This document shows, in pieces, positions 8,986 through 18,559 of a stretch of DNA of 64,000 nt. Made by a program: the position numbers and the translations under genes. Below the pieces are notes generated by a model. The model did no database searches and was not told the DNA's origin. It was given only the letters and a program-made list of their open reading frames with translations. This DNA is from an uncultured delta proteobacterium (GTDB lineage Bacteria > Myxococcota > UBA727 > VGSZ01), in the NCBI GenBank assembly GCA_963775425.1, contig CAVZJB010000005.1, positions 192,001 to 256,000 of the forward strand, given 5' to 3'. Numbering within the stretch: the first letter of the stretch is position 1; each line of letters opens with the position of its first letter.

Positions 8986-10454
8986 CGTTGATGACCTCCG
9001 CCCACTCGAAGGGGACGCTGCGGCGCGGCGGCGTGTGCCCCGCGGTGGCGGCGCTCGCGCTCCTCGTCGCCGCGCCTGCGTTCGCGCAGGACGCCGACCG
9101 CCCGAGCGAGGACGACATGTTCGGCGGCTCGTCCACCACCACCGACGAAGGCGCGCCCGCCCAGGACGCGCCGGCGGAGGGCGGCAGCTCGAGGGACGAA
9201 CAGATCTTCGGCGGGGGCGCGCCGGCGTCCATCGAGCACCCCGACATCCTCGCGCGCGAGGAGAACGCGCTCGACATCGGCGGGCAGGTCTTCCTCCGGC
9301 TCAACGACACCTGGCGCAACAAGGACTCCGTCGGCGACACACAGCTCAGCTCGCCGTCGCTCGCCGACGTCTTCGCCGACGTCCGGCCCAACGATCGCGT
9401 GCGCGGCTTCGGCCAGGTGCGGCTCAACTACGACTTCACGGTGCAGCCGGGGCAGACCGATCTGTTCGGCAACGAGCAAAAGCAGTTCGACCTCCAGCTC
9501 GACCAGCTCTGGATCAAGTTCGACCTCGGGCGCGTCGCCTACGTCACCGCCGGTCGCCAGCACATCCGCTGGGGGACCGGGCGCTTCTGGAACCCCACGG
9601 ACTTCATCAACACCGAGGTGCGCGACTCCGTCGACTTCTTCGACACGCGGCTGGGCGTGAACCTCATCAAGGTGCACTTCCCGTTCGAGGCGCTCGGCTG
9701 GAACCTCTATCTGCTCGGCGTGTTCGACGGCGTCGACGTCCTCAACGACTCCGGCGTCGCCGCACGCGCCGAATTCGTCGTCGGCCCCGGCGAGATCGCG
9801 CTGTCGTCTCTCGTGAAGAAGGACGCCCCGCTGCGCTTCGGCTTCGACGCGTCCGCGGGCATCTGGCTGTTCGACGTGCGCGCCGAAGGCACGGTGCAGC
9901 GCGGCCTGGACCAGAAGAAGTTCGAGGGCACGCTCGACTTCGCAAACGGCAAGGTCCCCACCGAGGTTGCCGGCACCGACGATCAGTGGTTCGCCCGGGG
10001 CGTCGTCGGCGCCGACCTCCAGCTGAAGTACAGCGACGAGGACAGCATCCTCATCGGCGGCGAGTACTTCTACAACCAGGCGGGCTACTCGAACGCCAAG
10101 CTCTACCCGTTCCTCGCGCTGAACGGCGCGTTCACGCCGTTCTACCTGGGGCAGCACTACTTCGGCGCCTACGTCTCGCTGCCGAGCCCGCTGTCGTTCA
10201 ACGACACGTCAATCACCGTCTCCACGCTGGGTAACCTCTCGGACGGCTCGTACCTGTCGCGCCTCGACGTGCAACAGCTCTTCCTCACCAACCTCACGGT
10301 GAACGTCTTCGGCGCCGTGCACTGGGGAAACCCGGGCGAGATGAAGCTCGGCGTGGACATCCCCGCGGTGCCCACCATCCCCGCGTTGGCAAACGGCCTC
10401 ACCATCGAGCCGCCCATCGTGGACGTCGGCGCCGCGCTGCGCGTCTCCCTGTAG
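8982..10454 (+). CDS. Putative outer-membrane beta-barrel protein of the ABC operon
   Basis: Signal peptide; LDQLWIKF..TAGRQHIRWGTGRFWNPTD; alternating beta pattern ending AALRVSL; 4-nt overlap with the upstream gene. Confidence 0.7.
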   Translation: MTLMTSAHSKGTLRRGGVCPAVAALALLVAAPAFAQDADRPSEDDMFGGSSTTTDEGAPAQDAPAEGGSSRDEQIFGGGAPASIEHPDILAREENALDIGGQVFLRLNDTWRNKDSVGDTQLSSPSLADVFADVRPNDRVRGFGQVRLNYDFTVQPGQTDLFGNEQKQFDLQLDQLWIKFDLGRVAYVTAGRQHIRWGTGRFWNPTDFINTEVRDSVDFFDTRLGVNLIKVHFPFEALGWNLYLLGVFDGVDVLNDSGVAARAEFVVGPGEIALSSLVKKDAPLRFGFDASAGIWLFDVRAEGTVQRGLDQKKFEGTLDFANGKVPTEVAGTDDQWFARGVVGADLQLKYSDEDSILIGGEYFYNQAGYSNAKLYPFLALNGAFTPFYLGQHYFGAYVSLPSPLSFNDTSITVSTLGNLSDGSYLSRLDVQQLFLTNLTVNVFGAVHWGNPGEMKLGVDIPAVPTIPALANGLTIEPPIVDVGAALRVSL

Positions 10455-10500
10455 CGCGGAGCGCGTCCCCCGCTGCTCGTCGCGCGGTATGGTCCGCGCC

Positions 10501-13500
10501 ATGATCTTCCTGGCTCCGCTGCTCGCGCTCGCGCCCGCGCTCTCCGATGTCACGCTCGACCAGCTCGAGCCCGGCAAGGAGATCCACGGCTTCACCCCCA
10601 CCGCCGTCTACCTCGACGACAGCGACCACCCCATCGGCGCCCGCTTCGTCCACGACAAGACGGGCTTCACGCTCGACTACCTGCAGATCGAGTCGGCGCC
10701 GCAGGGCTTCATCTGGGTGACCTCGTTCCCCACGTCGGACAAAGGGGAGCCGCACACGCAAGAGCACCTGCTGCTCGGCAAGGGCGACCGCGGACGCAGG
10801 CTCGGCAGCTTCGAGGCCATGGAGCTGGCGTCGTCGTCGGCGTTCACCGATCAGTGGCGGACCTGCTACCACTTCCACATCGAGGCCGGCCATGAGGCCT
10901 TCTGGCCCGAATTCGAAAACCAGCTCGGTGCGCTCCTGCACCCCGACTACACCGACGAGGAGATCCGGCGCGAGGTGCGCAACTTCGGCGTCGACAAGGC
11001 CGACGACGGCTCGCTTCACCTCGAGGAGAAGGGCACCGTCTACAACGAGATGGTGCGGACGTACGAGTCGCCCGACGCCGTCATGTGGCGCCAGGCGCAG
11101 CGCCTCATCTACGGGCTCGCGCACCCTTTGAGCTGGGAGTCCGGCGGCACGCCCGCGGGCATCCGCACCATGACGCCCGCCGACATCCGCTCGTTCCACG
11201 ACGCCGCGTACCGCCTCGAGAACATGGGCATGATCGGCGCGTTCCCGTCGTCGATGTCGCTGGGCGACGTGCTCGACGGCACCGCCGCGGTCCTCGGCAA
11301 GGAGAAGGCGCCGCCGCCGGCCGCGCACAAGGCCATGACCGAAGCGGAGCTGCCGAAGCCCGACCCCGCGCCGCTCGGCGCCGTCGCCGTGGTGCCGTTC
11401 CCCTACAGCGACGAGACGAGCCCCGCGCCGCTCACGCTCGCCTGGCCGGCCACGCGCGACCTCGCGGAGAGCGATCGCGTGCTGCTCGAGCTGTTCCTGG
11501 ACGCCTTCGCCGGCGACGAGAGCACCACGCTGTACAAGAAGCTCATCGACGGCAAGACGCGCGAGCTGGACCTCGGCGCGAGCGGTGTGTCGTCGTGGCT
11601 GAGCCCGGACCAGGGTGAGCCCGTCTACATCATGCTCGCGGGCGTGAAGGCGAGCGCCGAGAACGCAAAGACCGTCATGGCGGTGCGCGCGCTCGTCGAG
11701 CGCGAGCTGCACGCGCTGGCGGCGCTGCCGCCGGGGGATCCGGCGCTCGCCGCGTTCGACGAGCGCGTGAAGAGCCGCGTCCTCGACACGCGTCGACGGC
11801 TCGCGAAGTTCCTCGACACCCCGCCGGGCTTCGGCTTCCGCGGCACGGGCCCCGACTGGGTCAACCACCTCCACGAGCTGAAGAAGACGAGCGGGTTCAA
11901 GAAGTCGTTGACGCTGCGGCCGGCGCTCGACGCCGTCGAGGCCGTCCTCGCCGCCGCCGACAAGCCGGGCGCCGCAAACCCCTGGAGCGAGCGCTTGAAG
12001 GCGTGGGGCCTCCTCGCCGCTCCGTTCGGCGTGGGCGCGCGGCCGAGCCCCGTGCGGCGCGCGCAGCTCGACGCCGCCCGCGACAAGCGCATCGCGGACG
12101 AGCTCCAGCGCCTCCAGAAGGGGTTTCGCACCAAGGACGCCGCCACCACGCTCGCCCGCTACCAGGAGGACGTCGCCCAACGCACGGCGGCCATCGAGGC
12201 GGCGTCCAGGGCGGCGCCGCTGCCGCCGCTCGTGGACAGCGCCCCGATGACCTTCGACGACGAGCTCAAATACGCCACCGACCCGGTGGCGGGGCTGCCG
12301 GCGCTGCGCGCCACGTTTGATCGCATGGTGAGCACGCGCGTCTCCCTCGCATTTCGCCTCGACGCCGTCCCCGAGAGGGACCTGTTCACGCTCGCCGTCA
12401 TCGACGCCTTCATGGAGCAGGCGGGCGTCCTCGTCGACGGCAAGCCCATCGCCGCCGACGCCATGCGCGAGCGGCTGCGTCGCGAGGTGCTCGAGCTGTC
12501 GGTGTACGAGACGGAGAACGCGTACACCGGGCGCGCGGAGCTGGTGGTGGCGGGCGCGGGCAACGACGTGGCCGAGACGCACAAGGCGCTCGGCTGGATG
12601 GGCCACGTGCTCCTGCACCCCGACTGGCGAGCGGAGAACCTGCCGCGCCTGCGCGACGTTGTCGATCGACAATTGAACGCCGCGCGCCAGCGCATGCTCG
12701 GCCCGGAGGAGACGTGGGTCACCGGGCCGCGCGATGCGTGGTGGAAACAGACGTCACCTCTCCATCTGCACGTGGGCTCGTTCCTCACGCAGGTCCATGA
12801 CCTGTTGCGCGTCAAGTGGATGCTCGCCGCCACCGGCGACGCCGCCGCCGACAAGAAGCTCGCCCGGGCGCTCGACGGCCTCGCGCCGCTCGGGGCCACG
12901 CTGTCGCGCGCACAGCTCACCGCTTTGTCGTCGCAGCTCGCGGGCGACGCACATGACGCTGGGACACAAGCCGCCGCCGCCGCCGTCGTCGCGGCCGCCG
13001 CGAGCGATGCGGCGAAGGGCGTCGTGCGCGCCGCGGGCAAGGACCTCGCCGCGTTTCTGCCGGACCTGCCCGACGGCTCCCTCGCCGCGGACTGGGCGTC
13101 GCTGTGCAAGGAGATGGCGGCGGGCGTGCGCGCGGGGCCTGCGGCGGCGCTCGAACAGCTCGAGGCCGTACGCAAGAAGATCGTCACCACCGGCAACGCC
13201 CGGATCGTCGAGGTCGGCTCGAGCGCGCACCAGGCGGCCGTCGCCGGCGACGTCGCTGCCCTCGTGAAGCAGCTCGCGCGCGGCAAGCCGGCGCGCCAGC
13301 GCTATGTCGACAAGCGCGGCATCGTCGAGCGCATGAAGGATCACGACAAGGACGCCGCCGCCGCCGTCTTCGTCGGCCTCGTCGATCCGGCCACGTCGAG
13401 CGGGGTGTTCCTCAACGCCGCGCCGGCGCCTGACTACAGCGCGCGCAAGGACGACGATCTGCTCGACTACCTCGCGGCGGTGACCTACTCGGGCCACGGC

Positions 13501-14031
13501 GCGCACAGCATGTTCATGAAGACGTGGGCGGCGGGGCTCGCGTACTCGAACGGCCTGCACCCGCAGCCCTGGGACGGCCGCGTGGAGTACTACGCCGAGC
13601 GCTGCCCGCTGCTGCCGCAGACGCTGCGCTTCGTGATCTCCCAGATCAAAGCCGCCGGCGTCGACGACAACATCGCGCGCTACGCCGTGGCCGGCGCGTT
13701 TTCGTCGCGCGTGGCGCAGGCCTACGAGGCGCGCGCCTCGGCCATGGCCGCCAACCTCGTCGACGGCGTCACGCCGGACGTCATCCGTGGCTTCCGCGAG
13801 AAGATCAAGGCGCTGGCCAAGCGCAAGGATCTCGCCGACGACCTCGCCGCACGCATGCCCCGCGTCTACGGCGCCGTGCTCCCCGGGCTCGGGAGGCCCG
13901 TGAAGGACGGGGTGTACTTCGTCATCGGACCCGAGCCGCAGCTCAAGGCGTACGAGGACTACCTCCACGGCGCGCTGGGCAAAGACGTGGTGCTCCACCG
14001 CCTGTACCCGCGGGACTTCTGGGTGCCGTAA
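10501..14031 (+). CDS. Secreted M16 (insulinase/PreP-like) zinc metallopeptidase
   Basis: Inverted Zn motif HTQEH in GEPHTQEHLLLGKG; AFT, KGTVYNEM and SGGTP motifs as in M16C; N-terminal signal peptide. Start is 10501 or 10489. Confidence 0.78.
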   Translation: MIFLAPLLALAPALSDVTLDQLEPGKEIHGFTPTAVYLDDSDHPIGARFVHDKTGFTLDYLQIESAPQGFIWVTSFPTSDKGEPHTQEHLLLGKGDRGRRLGSFEAMELASSSAFTDQWRTCYHFHIEAGHEAFWPEFENQLGALLHPDYTDEEIRREVRNFGVDKADDGSLHLEEKGTVYNEMVRTYESPDAVMWRQAQRLIYGLAHPLSWESGGTPAGIRTMTPADIRSFHDAAYRLENMGMIGAFPSSMSLGDVLDGTAAVLGKEKAPPPAAHKAMTEAELPKPDPAPLGAVAVVPFPYSDETSPAPLTLAWPATRDLAESDRVLLELFLDAFAGDESTTLYKKLIDGKTRELDLGASGVSSWLSPDQGEPVYIMLAGVKASAENAKTVMAVRALVERELHALAALPPGDPALAAFDERVKSRVLDTRRRLAKFLDTPPGFGFRGTGPDWVNHLHELKKTSGFKKSLTLRPALDAVEAVLAAADKPGAANPWSERLKAWGLLAAPFGVGARPSPVRRAQLDAARDKRIADELQRLQKGFRTKDAATTLARYQEDVAQRTAAIEAASRAAPLPPLVDSAPMTFDDELKYATDPVAGLPALRATFDRMVSTRVSLAFRLDAVPERDLFTLAVIDAFMEQAGVLVDGKPIAADAMRERLRREVLELSVYETENAYTGRAELVVAGAGNDVAETHKALGWMGHVLLHPDWRAENLPRLRDVVDRQLNAARQRMLGPEETWVTGPRDAWWKQTSPLHLHVGSFLTQVHDLLRVKWMLAATGDAAADKKLARALDGLAPLGATLSRAQLTALSSQLAGDAHDAGTQAAAAAVVAAAASDAAKGVVRAAGKDLAAFLPDLPDGSLAADWASLCKEMAAGVRAGPAAALEQLEAVRKKIVTTGNARIVEVGSSAHQAAVAGDVAALVKQLARGKPARQRYVDKRGIVERMKDHDKDAAAAVFVGLVDPATSSGVFLNAAPAPDYSARKDDDLLDYLAAVTYSGHGAHSMFMKTWAAGLAYSNGLHPQPWDGRVEYYAERCPLLPQTLRFVISQIKAAGVDDNIARYAVAGAFSSRVAQAYEARASAMAANLVDGVTPDVIRGFREKIKALAKRKDLADDLAARMPRVYGAVLPGLGRPVKDGVYFVIGPEPQLKAYEDYLHGALGKDVVLHRLYPRDFWVP

Positions 14032-14033
14032 AC

Positions 14034-14075
14034 GGCGACGCCCCCCGGCGGAAGGCTCCGTCGAGGGGCGTCGTT
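14034..14075. terminator. GC-rich hairpin between convergent genes
   Basis: CGACGCCCC (14036-14044) pairs with GGGGCGTCG (14065-14073), with an inner CGGA/TCCG stem. Confidence 0.55.
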
Positions 14076-14099
14076 CGTGCGGGGCTCGCCCCGCTTCGG

Positions 14100-15419
14100 T
14101 CAGAGGCTCCCGAGGAACGCGTCGATCGCCTCGGCGTCGCGGTGGCTCAACCCGAAGTACGCGTCGCGCGACCCGGCCGCCTCACCGCCGTGGGCGGCGA
14201 CGGCTTCGTCGAACGTCTGCGCCAGGCCGTGGTGCAGGTAGCTGGTCTTGAACCGCAGGCCCCACAGCGGAGTGGTGCGGAAGAAGTTGCTCGCTGCGCG
14301 GCCCTGGTAGCGCTGGTCGCCGTTGTCGTCGCCGAGGTCGTGGATCAGGAAGTCCGAGAACGGCTGGAACGTCTTGTGCGAGAGCGCGCCGATGCGGTGT
14401 GAGGTCCCGCCGGGCCACGGTGCGTAGTAGTCGTGCATCGTGTGGTGCTCCTTGGTGTGGCAGTCCTCGCAGCCGATGTCGCGGAACACCTCTTCGCCCT
14501 CGTGCACCTGGTGCGTGATGGCGCCGCGCGACGGCGGCGCCAACATCGCCATGAAGTCCATGATCAGGATGCTCGACTCCATGTGCAGATCGTTCGCCTG
14601 GGTGTCGGCGATCTTGCACTCGTCGGGGAGCTGATCGGTGTCGAGGCCGTTCGGGTGGCTCTCGCGGTCGTGAAACGGCGTCGTCATGCCGACCTCGTTC
14701 TGCATCGCCTCGGAGGTGAAGAAGAACAGCGACGAGTCCTGCGACTTCCACCCGAAGCGGCCGACGCGGGGCGCGCCCGAGACGACGGTGCGGGGGCGGA
14801 TGAGCGTGACGCCCGGGAACGGCCGGTGCCCCTCGGCCTCGACGTTCCAATTGGGCGCGCCGTAGACGCCGTGGACACGCTTGTGGCCGTGCATCGAGGA
14901 GAGGATCTCGTCGTCGGTCATCGCGTCGATGAGCCCGTCGCCGAAGAGCGGCGGCGGGTGACGCAGCGACAGGATGCTCTCGGGGACGCCCACCGGCACC
15001 TGCTCCGGCGCCTCGTGGCAGTCGCCGCGATCGGCCACGCCGGCCGACTCGAGGCTCATGCGGTGGATGACGGGACCGCCCACCTCGTGGGACTCGAAGA
15101 AGCGCCCCTGGTCGACGACGCCGAAGTTCTGCACGTTGTCGGCGACGCCGTCCTCGCTGCCGCCCGCGACGGGCTGGGAGTGGCAGTGGACGCACGAGGT
15201 CGCGTTCATGAACGGGCCCACGCCCTCATGCGCCGTGAACTCGTGCTCGAAGCGATCGCGGCCGGCGTTGAACACGGCGAGCTCCTCGGCGGAGAGCCCG
15301 GGGAGAGGATCGCCGATGTTGGTGCCGCCGCCGTGCCCGTGGTGGGCGTCGGCGGAAGGCGCCGCGGCGACGAGGAGCGCGAAGAGCGCGACGGTGATGT
15401 GTACGGTGTGTTTGCGCAT
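14100..15419 (-). CDS. Di-haem oxidoreductase (DHOR) family secreted c-type cytochrome
   Basis: AAAGGAGG SD, signal peptide, two CxxCH motifs (CVHCH, CEDCH), and DHOR-typical GRFGWK, FSDFLIHDLG, RTTPLWGL and HGGEA. Confidence 0.88.
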   Translation of the reverse strand: MRKHTVHITVALFALLVAAAPSADAHHGHGGGTNIGDPLPGLSAEELAVFNAGRDRFEHEFTAHEGVGPFMNATSCVHCHSQPVAGGSEDGVADNVQNFGVVDQGRFFESHEVGGPVIHRMSLESAGVADRGDCHEAPEQVPVGVPESILSLRHPPPLFGDGLIDAMTDDEILSSMHGHKRVHGVYGAPNWNVEAEGHRPFPGVTLIRPRTVVSGAPRVGRFGWKSQDSSLFFFTSEAMQNEVGMTTPFHDRESHPNGLDTDQLPDECKIADTQANDLHMESSILIMDFMAMLAPPSRGAITHQVHEGEEVFRDIGCEDCHTKEHHTMHDYYAPWPGGTSHRIGALSHKTFQPFSDFLIHDLGDDNGDQRYQGRAASNFFRTTPLWGLRFKTSYLHHGLAQTFDEAVAAHGGEAAGSRDAYFGLSHRDAEAIDAFLGSL

Positions 15420-15433
15420 GTCGTGTCCTCCTT

Positions 15434-16432
15434 TCAACCGCAGAAGTCGTAGTAGGGGCCCGGGAAGGGCGGCATGGTGTGGGACACGCCGCACTGGCCG
15501 CGCATGCGCAGCTGGAGCGTCTGTCCACGGAAGTCGAGGTGGTAGCCCTCGGGGATCTCCTGGGGGAAGCCGCCCTGGTACGCGGTCATGATGTTGGAGC
15601 GCGACTTGAGGAAGTCCGGCTTGGGGAACGGCTCGAGGGTGATCGCCGTGAAGATGCCGTTGCCGGAGTGGATGCTCTCGAGCACCTCGTCGAACGAGCT
15701 GGCGTGATCGGCGGGGATGCCGCCCTGCACGTAGAAGTTCAGGAACTTGTCGGGCGCGCACAGGCGCTCGGGGACGAACGCGTCGTAGGTGCCGGCCTGC
15801 CCTTCGCTGTCGAGCATGCGGTCGTAGGCGAAGTTCCAGGTGAAGGTGAAGTTGCCGTCGGGCGGACCCTCGAACTCCGGCGAGCCCATGAGGAGCGCGG
15901 CCGGGATCACCACGGGGATGGCGTTGGCGGGCGGGCCGTCGGGGAAGTCCCACTCACTGCCGAGCAGCTCGGTGGTGAGGCCGTCGTAGTAGAACAGGAC
16001 GTCCTGGGTGAAGAGCTTGCCGATGAACCAGAGCTGCCAGTGACCGTTTTCCACGGACACGAGGTGTTGGTTCCACTGGTTGGAGACGTCGCTGTCGCGG
16101 GTAGCGCTCATGCGATAGGGAAGGCCCTTGAACCTGGCCTTGATCTGCACGGTGTTCTTCGACTTCGAATACTTGATGGTGACGTCGACGGGGTTGTCGC
16201 AGATGGACTCCGTCTCGACGGCGTGCTCGCCGGGGAGCGCGTTGGCGACCATCTGGAAGTGCAGCGTCCCCTCGTCCGGCGGCGCATAGACCCAGCGCTG
16301 CTCGATGGAGGAGAAGCCGGTCTCCGGCCGAGGCGCCAGGGGCGGAGGAGCCGGCTCCGCCGCCCATGCAGCCGTGCCGGCGAGACAACTCAGCAGAACG
16401 CTCGTTCGTGCGAACGCAAATGGTCGTTTCAT
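15434..16432 (-). CDS. Secreted hypothetical protein (Trp/aromatic-rich, 4 Cys in the mature part)
   Basis: GGAG SD, AxA signal peptide and normal GC3 codon usage; ends 14 nt upstream of the DHOR start. Confidence 0.8.
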   Translation of the reverse strand: MKRPFAFARTSVLLSCLAGTAAWAAEPAPPPLAPRPETGFSSIEQRWVYAPPDEGTLHFQMVANALPGEHAVETESICDNPVDVTIKYSKSKNTVQIKARFKGLPYRMSATRDSDVSNQWNQHLVSVENGHWQLWFIGKLFTQDVLFYYDGLTTELLGSEWDFPDGPPANAIPVVIPAALLMGSPEFEGPPDGNFTFTWNFAYDRMLDSEGQAGTYDAFVPERLCAPDKFLNFYVQGGIPADHASSFDEVLESIHSGNGIFTAITLEPFPKPDFLKSRSNIMTAYQGGFPQEIPEGYHLDFRGQTLQLRMRGQCGVSHTMPPFPGPYYDFCG

Positions 16433-16712
16433 CAGGTCTCCTGCGGCCCTCGCCGCTTGGTAGGGGAGACCGATCCCGAGGGGTCAATTTTCCTGTCTTT
16501 TCTGTCGCCTACGCTCGTGCGCCCCCTCTGATCGGTTCGGCAGCCGTTGAACCCTGAGGGCCCGCGGGCATTGCTTCCAGGCCGTTGCCGGCAAGGTCGC
16601 CCTTTCGCTCGATCCAGTTTTGTTGTATCTGGCCGTCCATTCGATCGGCAATCGCGCGTCATTTCGAGACAGACCGGACGTGATGCCTGTCTCACCTCAT
16701 GGGGAGGAGCGG

Positions 16713-17144
16713 TTGGACAAGACAGAAATCAACGCGACGGCGACCGAGATCAGAGTCGTTTGTCGAGGTGACCTGAACGCGGAGACTGTGAAAGCCATCA
16801 CAGCCGACCTCGCTGCGAAGATGGAGACCCTGCCGCCTCACTCCTTCAATGTGATCATCGATCTCTGCGCGATCGAGGGCTGCGACATCTTCGGCCGCTC
16901 GCAGCTCGCGGAGATGCAGCGCTTGATCTCCCGTCGCGCCAAGCGCTCCGCGTACGTCGCGCAGCACTCGCGGTACCGCGGCCTCGGCCTCTGGGTCATC
17001 CATCTGGCGGACGACCCCAACGCCAAGAGCGTCATGAGCGACGAAGCCGTGCGCGCCTGGCTCGACGGCGAGGGCGCCCGCATGCCCTCGGCACGGGAGA
17101 AGACCATTCGACTCGCGGACAAGCTGAGCAAGGAGGGCGCGTGA
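16713..17144 (+). CDS. STAS/SpoIIAA-like small protein
   Basis: GGAGGAG SD before TTG 16713. Beta/alpha pattern IRVVCRGDLN...VIIDLCAIEGCD...AYV...EAVRAWL. Confidence 0.55.
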   Translation: MDKTEINATATEIRVVCRGDLNAETVKAITADLAAKMETLPPHSFNVIIDLCAIEGCDIFGRSQLAEMQRLISRRAKRSAYVAQHSRYRGLGLWVIHLADDPNAKSVMSDEAVRAWLDGEGARMPSAREKTIRLADKLSKEGA

Positions 17145-17812
17145 TGGAACCACGGCCGCTTTCGCTCAAAGAGCGCATTTTCGTTCAGATCGGCGTCCTC
17201 TACTCCAAGCGGATGTTCGGCAACGCCGAGCAGAGCTTCATCGAGGAGCTGATTCGCACCTTCGGCGTCAACGGCTTCTTCGAGTGGGGGAAGCAGACGG
17301 ATCGCGTGAAGGGCGTCATGTCGCAGCGCTGGGACGACTTCACCGGCGAGCTGCTGCTCGGCTTCGGCGCCATGTGGAACGGTTGCACCTACTGCAGCCG
17401 CACGCACACCGCCGCCGCCAACTGCTACTACTTCAAGGACAAGGGTGAGCTGTTCCCCATCTCCGAAGACGACATCATCGACCTCCAGCGCATGTCCGAC
17501 GAGGACGCGATGGCCAGGATCGAAGAGCTGTTGAAGGACGAGAAGTATGCGGAGACCCGCAGCATCCTTCGGCGCCAGTACGAGATGAAGCGCATGGTGC
17601 GCACACCCGAGAACCGTGACGACGAGATCATCGACATGGCCAACGCCGCCTGGGATTGGGCGACGGAGTGCAGCATCGTCGTCAGCCGGGACCCGGTGCC
17701 GCCCATCAGCCCCATCGGCAAGGACAAGGCGCTCGTTGCGCGTTACCGCGCGGCGCGCGGCGGCGACTACAAGCTCGCCGGTCCCCTGGCGCGCGCCGGT
17801 GTGACGCGCTGA
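17141..17812 (+). CDS. AhpD/carboxymuconolactone-decarboxylase-like CxxC protein
   Basis: WNGCTYCSRTH matches the AhpD NxCxxCxxxH motif; AGGAGG SD; GTGA overlap with the upstream gene. Confidence 0.6.
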   Translation: MMEPRPLSLKERIFVQIGVLYSKRMFGNAEQSFIEELIRTFGVNGFFEWGKQTDRVKGVMSQRWDDFTGELLLGFGAMWNGCTYCSRTHTAAANCYYFKDKGELFPISEDDIIDLQRMSDEDAMARIEELLKDEKYAETRSILRRQYEMKRMVRTPENRDDEIIDMANAAWDWATECSIVVSRDPVPPISPIGKDKALVARYRAARGGDYKLAGPLARAGVTR

Positions 17813-17832
17813 GCTGAGCGTGACGACATCCA

Positions 17833-17876
17833 CGGCGGGGAGGCGCTCGTCGCGGCAGGCGACGAGCTGCCCGCCG
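17833..17876 (+). terminator. Hairpin downstream of the AhpD-like gene
   Basis: GCTCGTCGC (17845-17853) pairs with GCGACGAGC (17859-17867), plus an outer CGGCGGG/CCCGCCG stem. No U-tract. Confidence 0.4.
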
Positions 17877-17984
17877 CGGGTGGCTCCGCCGCGCGCCGGA
17901 GCGCCTCGGGCCGCCGCACCCGCAGCGGGGCGCGTGGCGTCGGGAACCTCACTCAAGCGCCGCGGCGTTTCCCCTCGAGCCGCT

Positions 17985-18000
17985 GGGCACGTGGTGTGCA
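17985..18000 (+). promoter_or_regulatory. Putative sigma54 -24/-12 promoter of the flavodoxin gene
   Basis: GGGCACG-TGGT-GTGCA with GG at 17986-87 and GC at 17998-99 (exact 12-nt register), followed by GGGAGG SD and ATG 18023. Confidence 0.6.
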
Positions 18001-18022
18001 CGAACGGCAGCGGGAGGTGCAC

Positions 18023-18559
18023 ATGCGCGCGCTCGTTGTCTACGAGTCGATCTTCGGGAACACGCGGGCGATCGCCGAGGCGATCGCACAGGGGCTCCGC
18101 GCGGGGCTCGACGTCGAGGTCGTCGAGGTCGGCAGCGAGCCGCTCGCGTCGGGCTTCGACCTCGTCGTCGCCGGCGGCCCCACCCACGCGTGGAGCATGA
18201 GCCGCGCGACCACGCGCGAGGACGCGCGCCAGCAGGCCCGCGCCCGGCAACACACGCCGGTCTCGGTGGGCATCGGGCTGCGCGACTGGCTCAAGCGCCT
18301 CGGCAGCCCCCCCGCCGGCGCGCTCGCGGCGACGTTCGACACCGCGATGCAGTCGCGCTGGTTCCCGACCGGTTCGGCGGCGCGGGCGGCGGCGACGGCG
18401 ATGCAACGCCGCGGCTACCGCCTCGTGGCGCCGCCGGAGCAGTTTCGCGTGAGCGGCACCGACGGGCCGCTCGTCGACGGCGAGCTCGACCGCGCCGCCC
18501 AGTGGGGCGCGCGCCTGGCCGCGCTGTGCGCGCCGGAGCGCGCCGCCGCGACCCTGTAA
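18023..18559 (+). CDS. Flavodoxin-family protein
   Basis: FMN phosphate-binding loop VVYESIFGNTRAIAEAI; also LVVAGGPTH and ATFDT. Confidence 0.88.
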   Translation: MRALVVYESIFGNTRAIAEAIAQGLRAGLDVEVVEVGSEPLASGFDLVVAGGPTHAWSMSRATTREDARQQARARQHTPVSVGIGLRDWLKRLGSPPAGALAATFDTAMQSRWFPTGSAARAAATAMQRRGYRLVAPPEQFRVSGTDGPLVDGELDRAAQWGARLAALCAPERAAATL

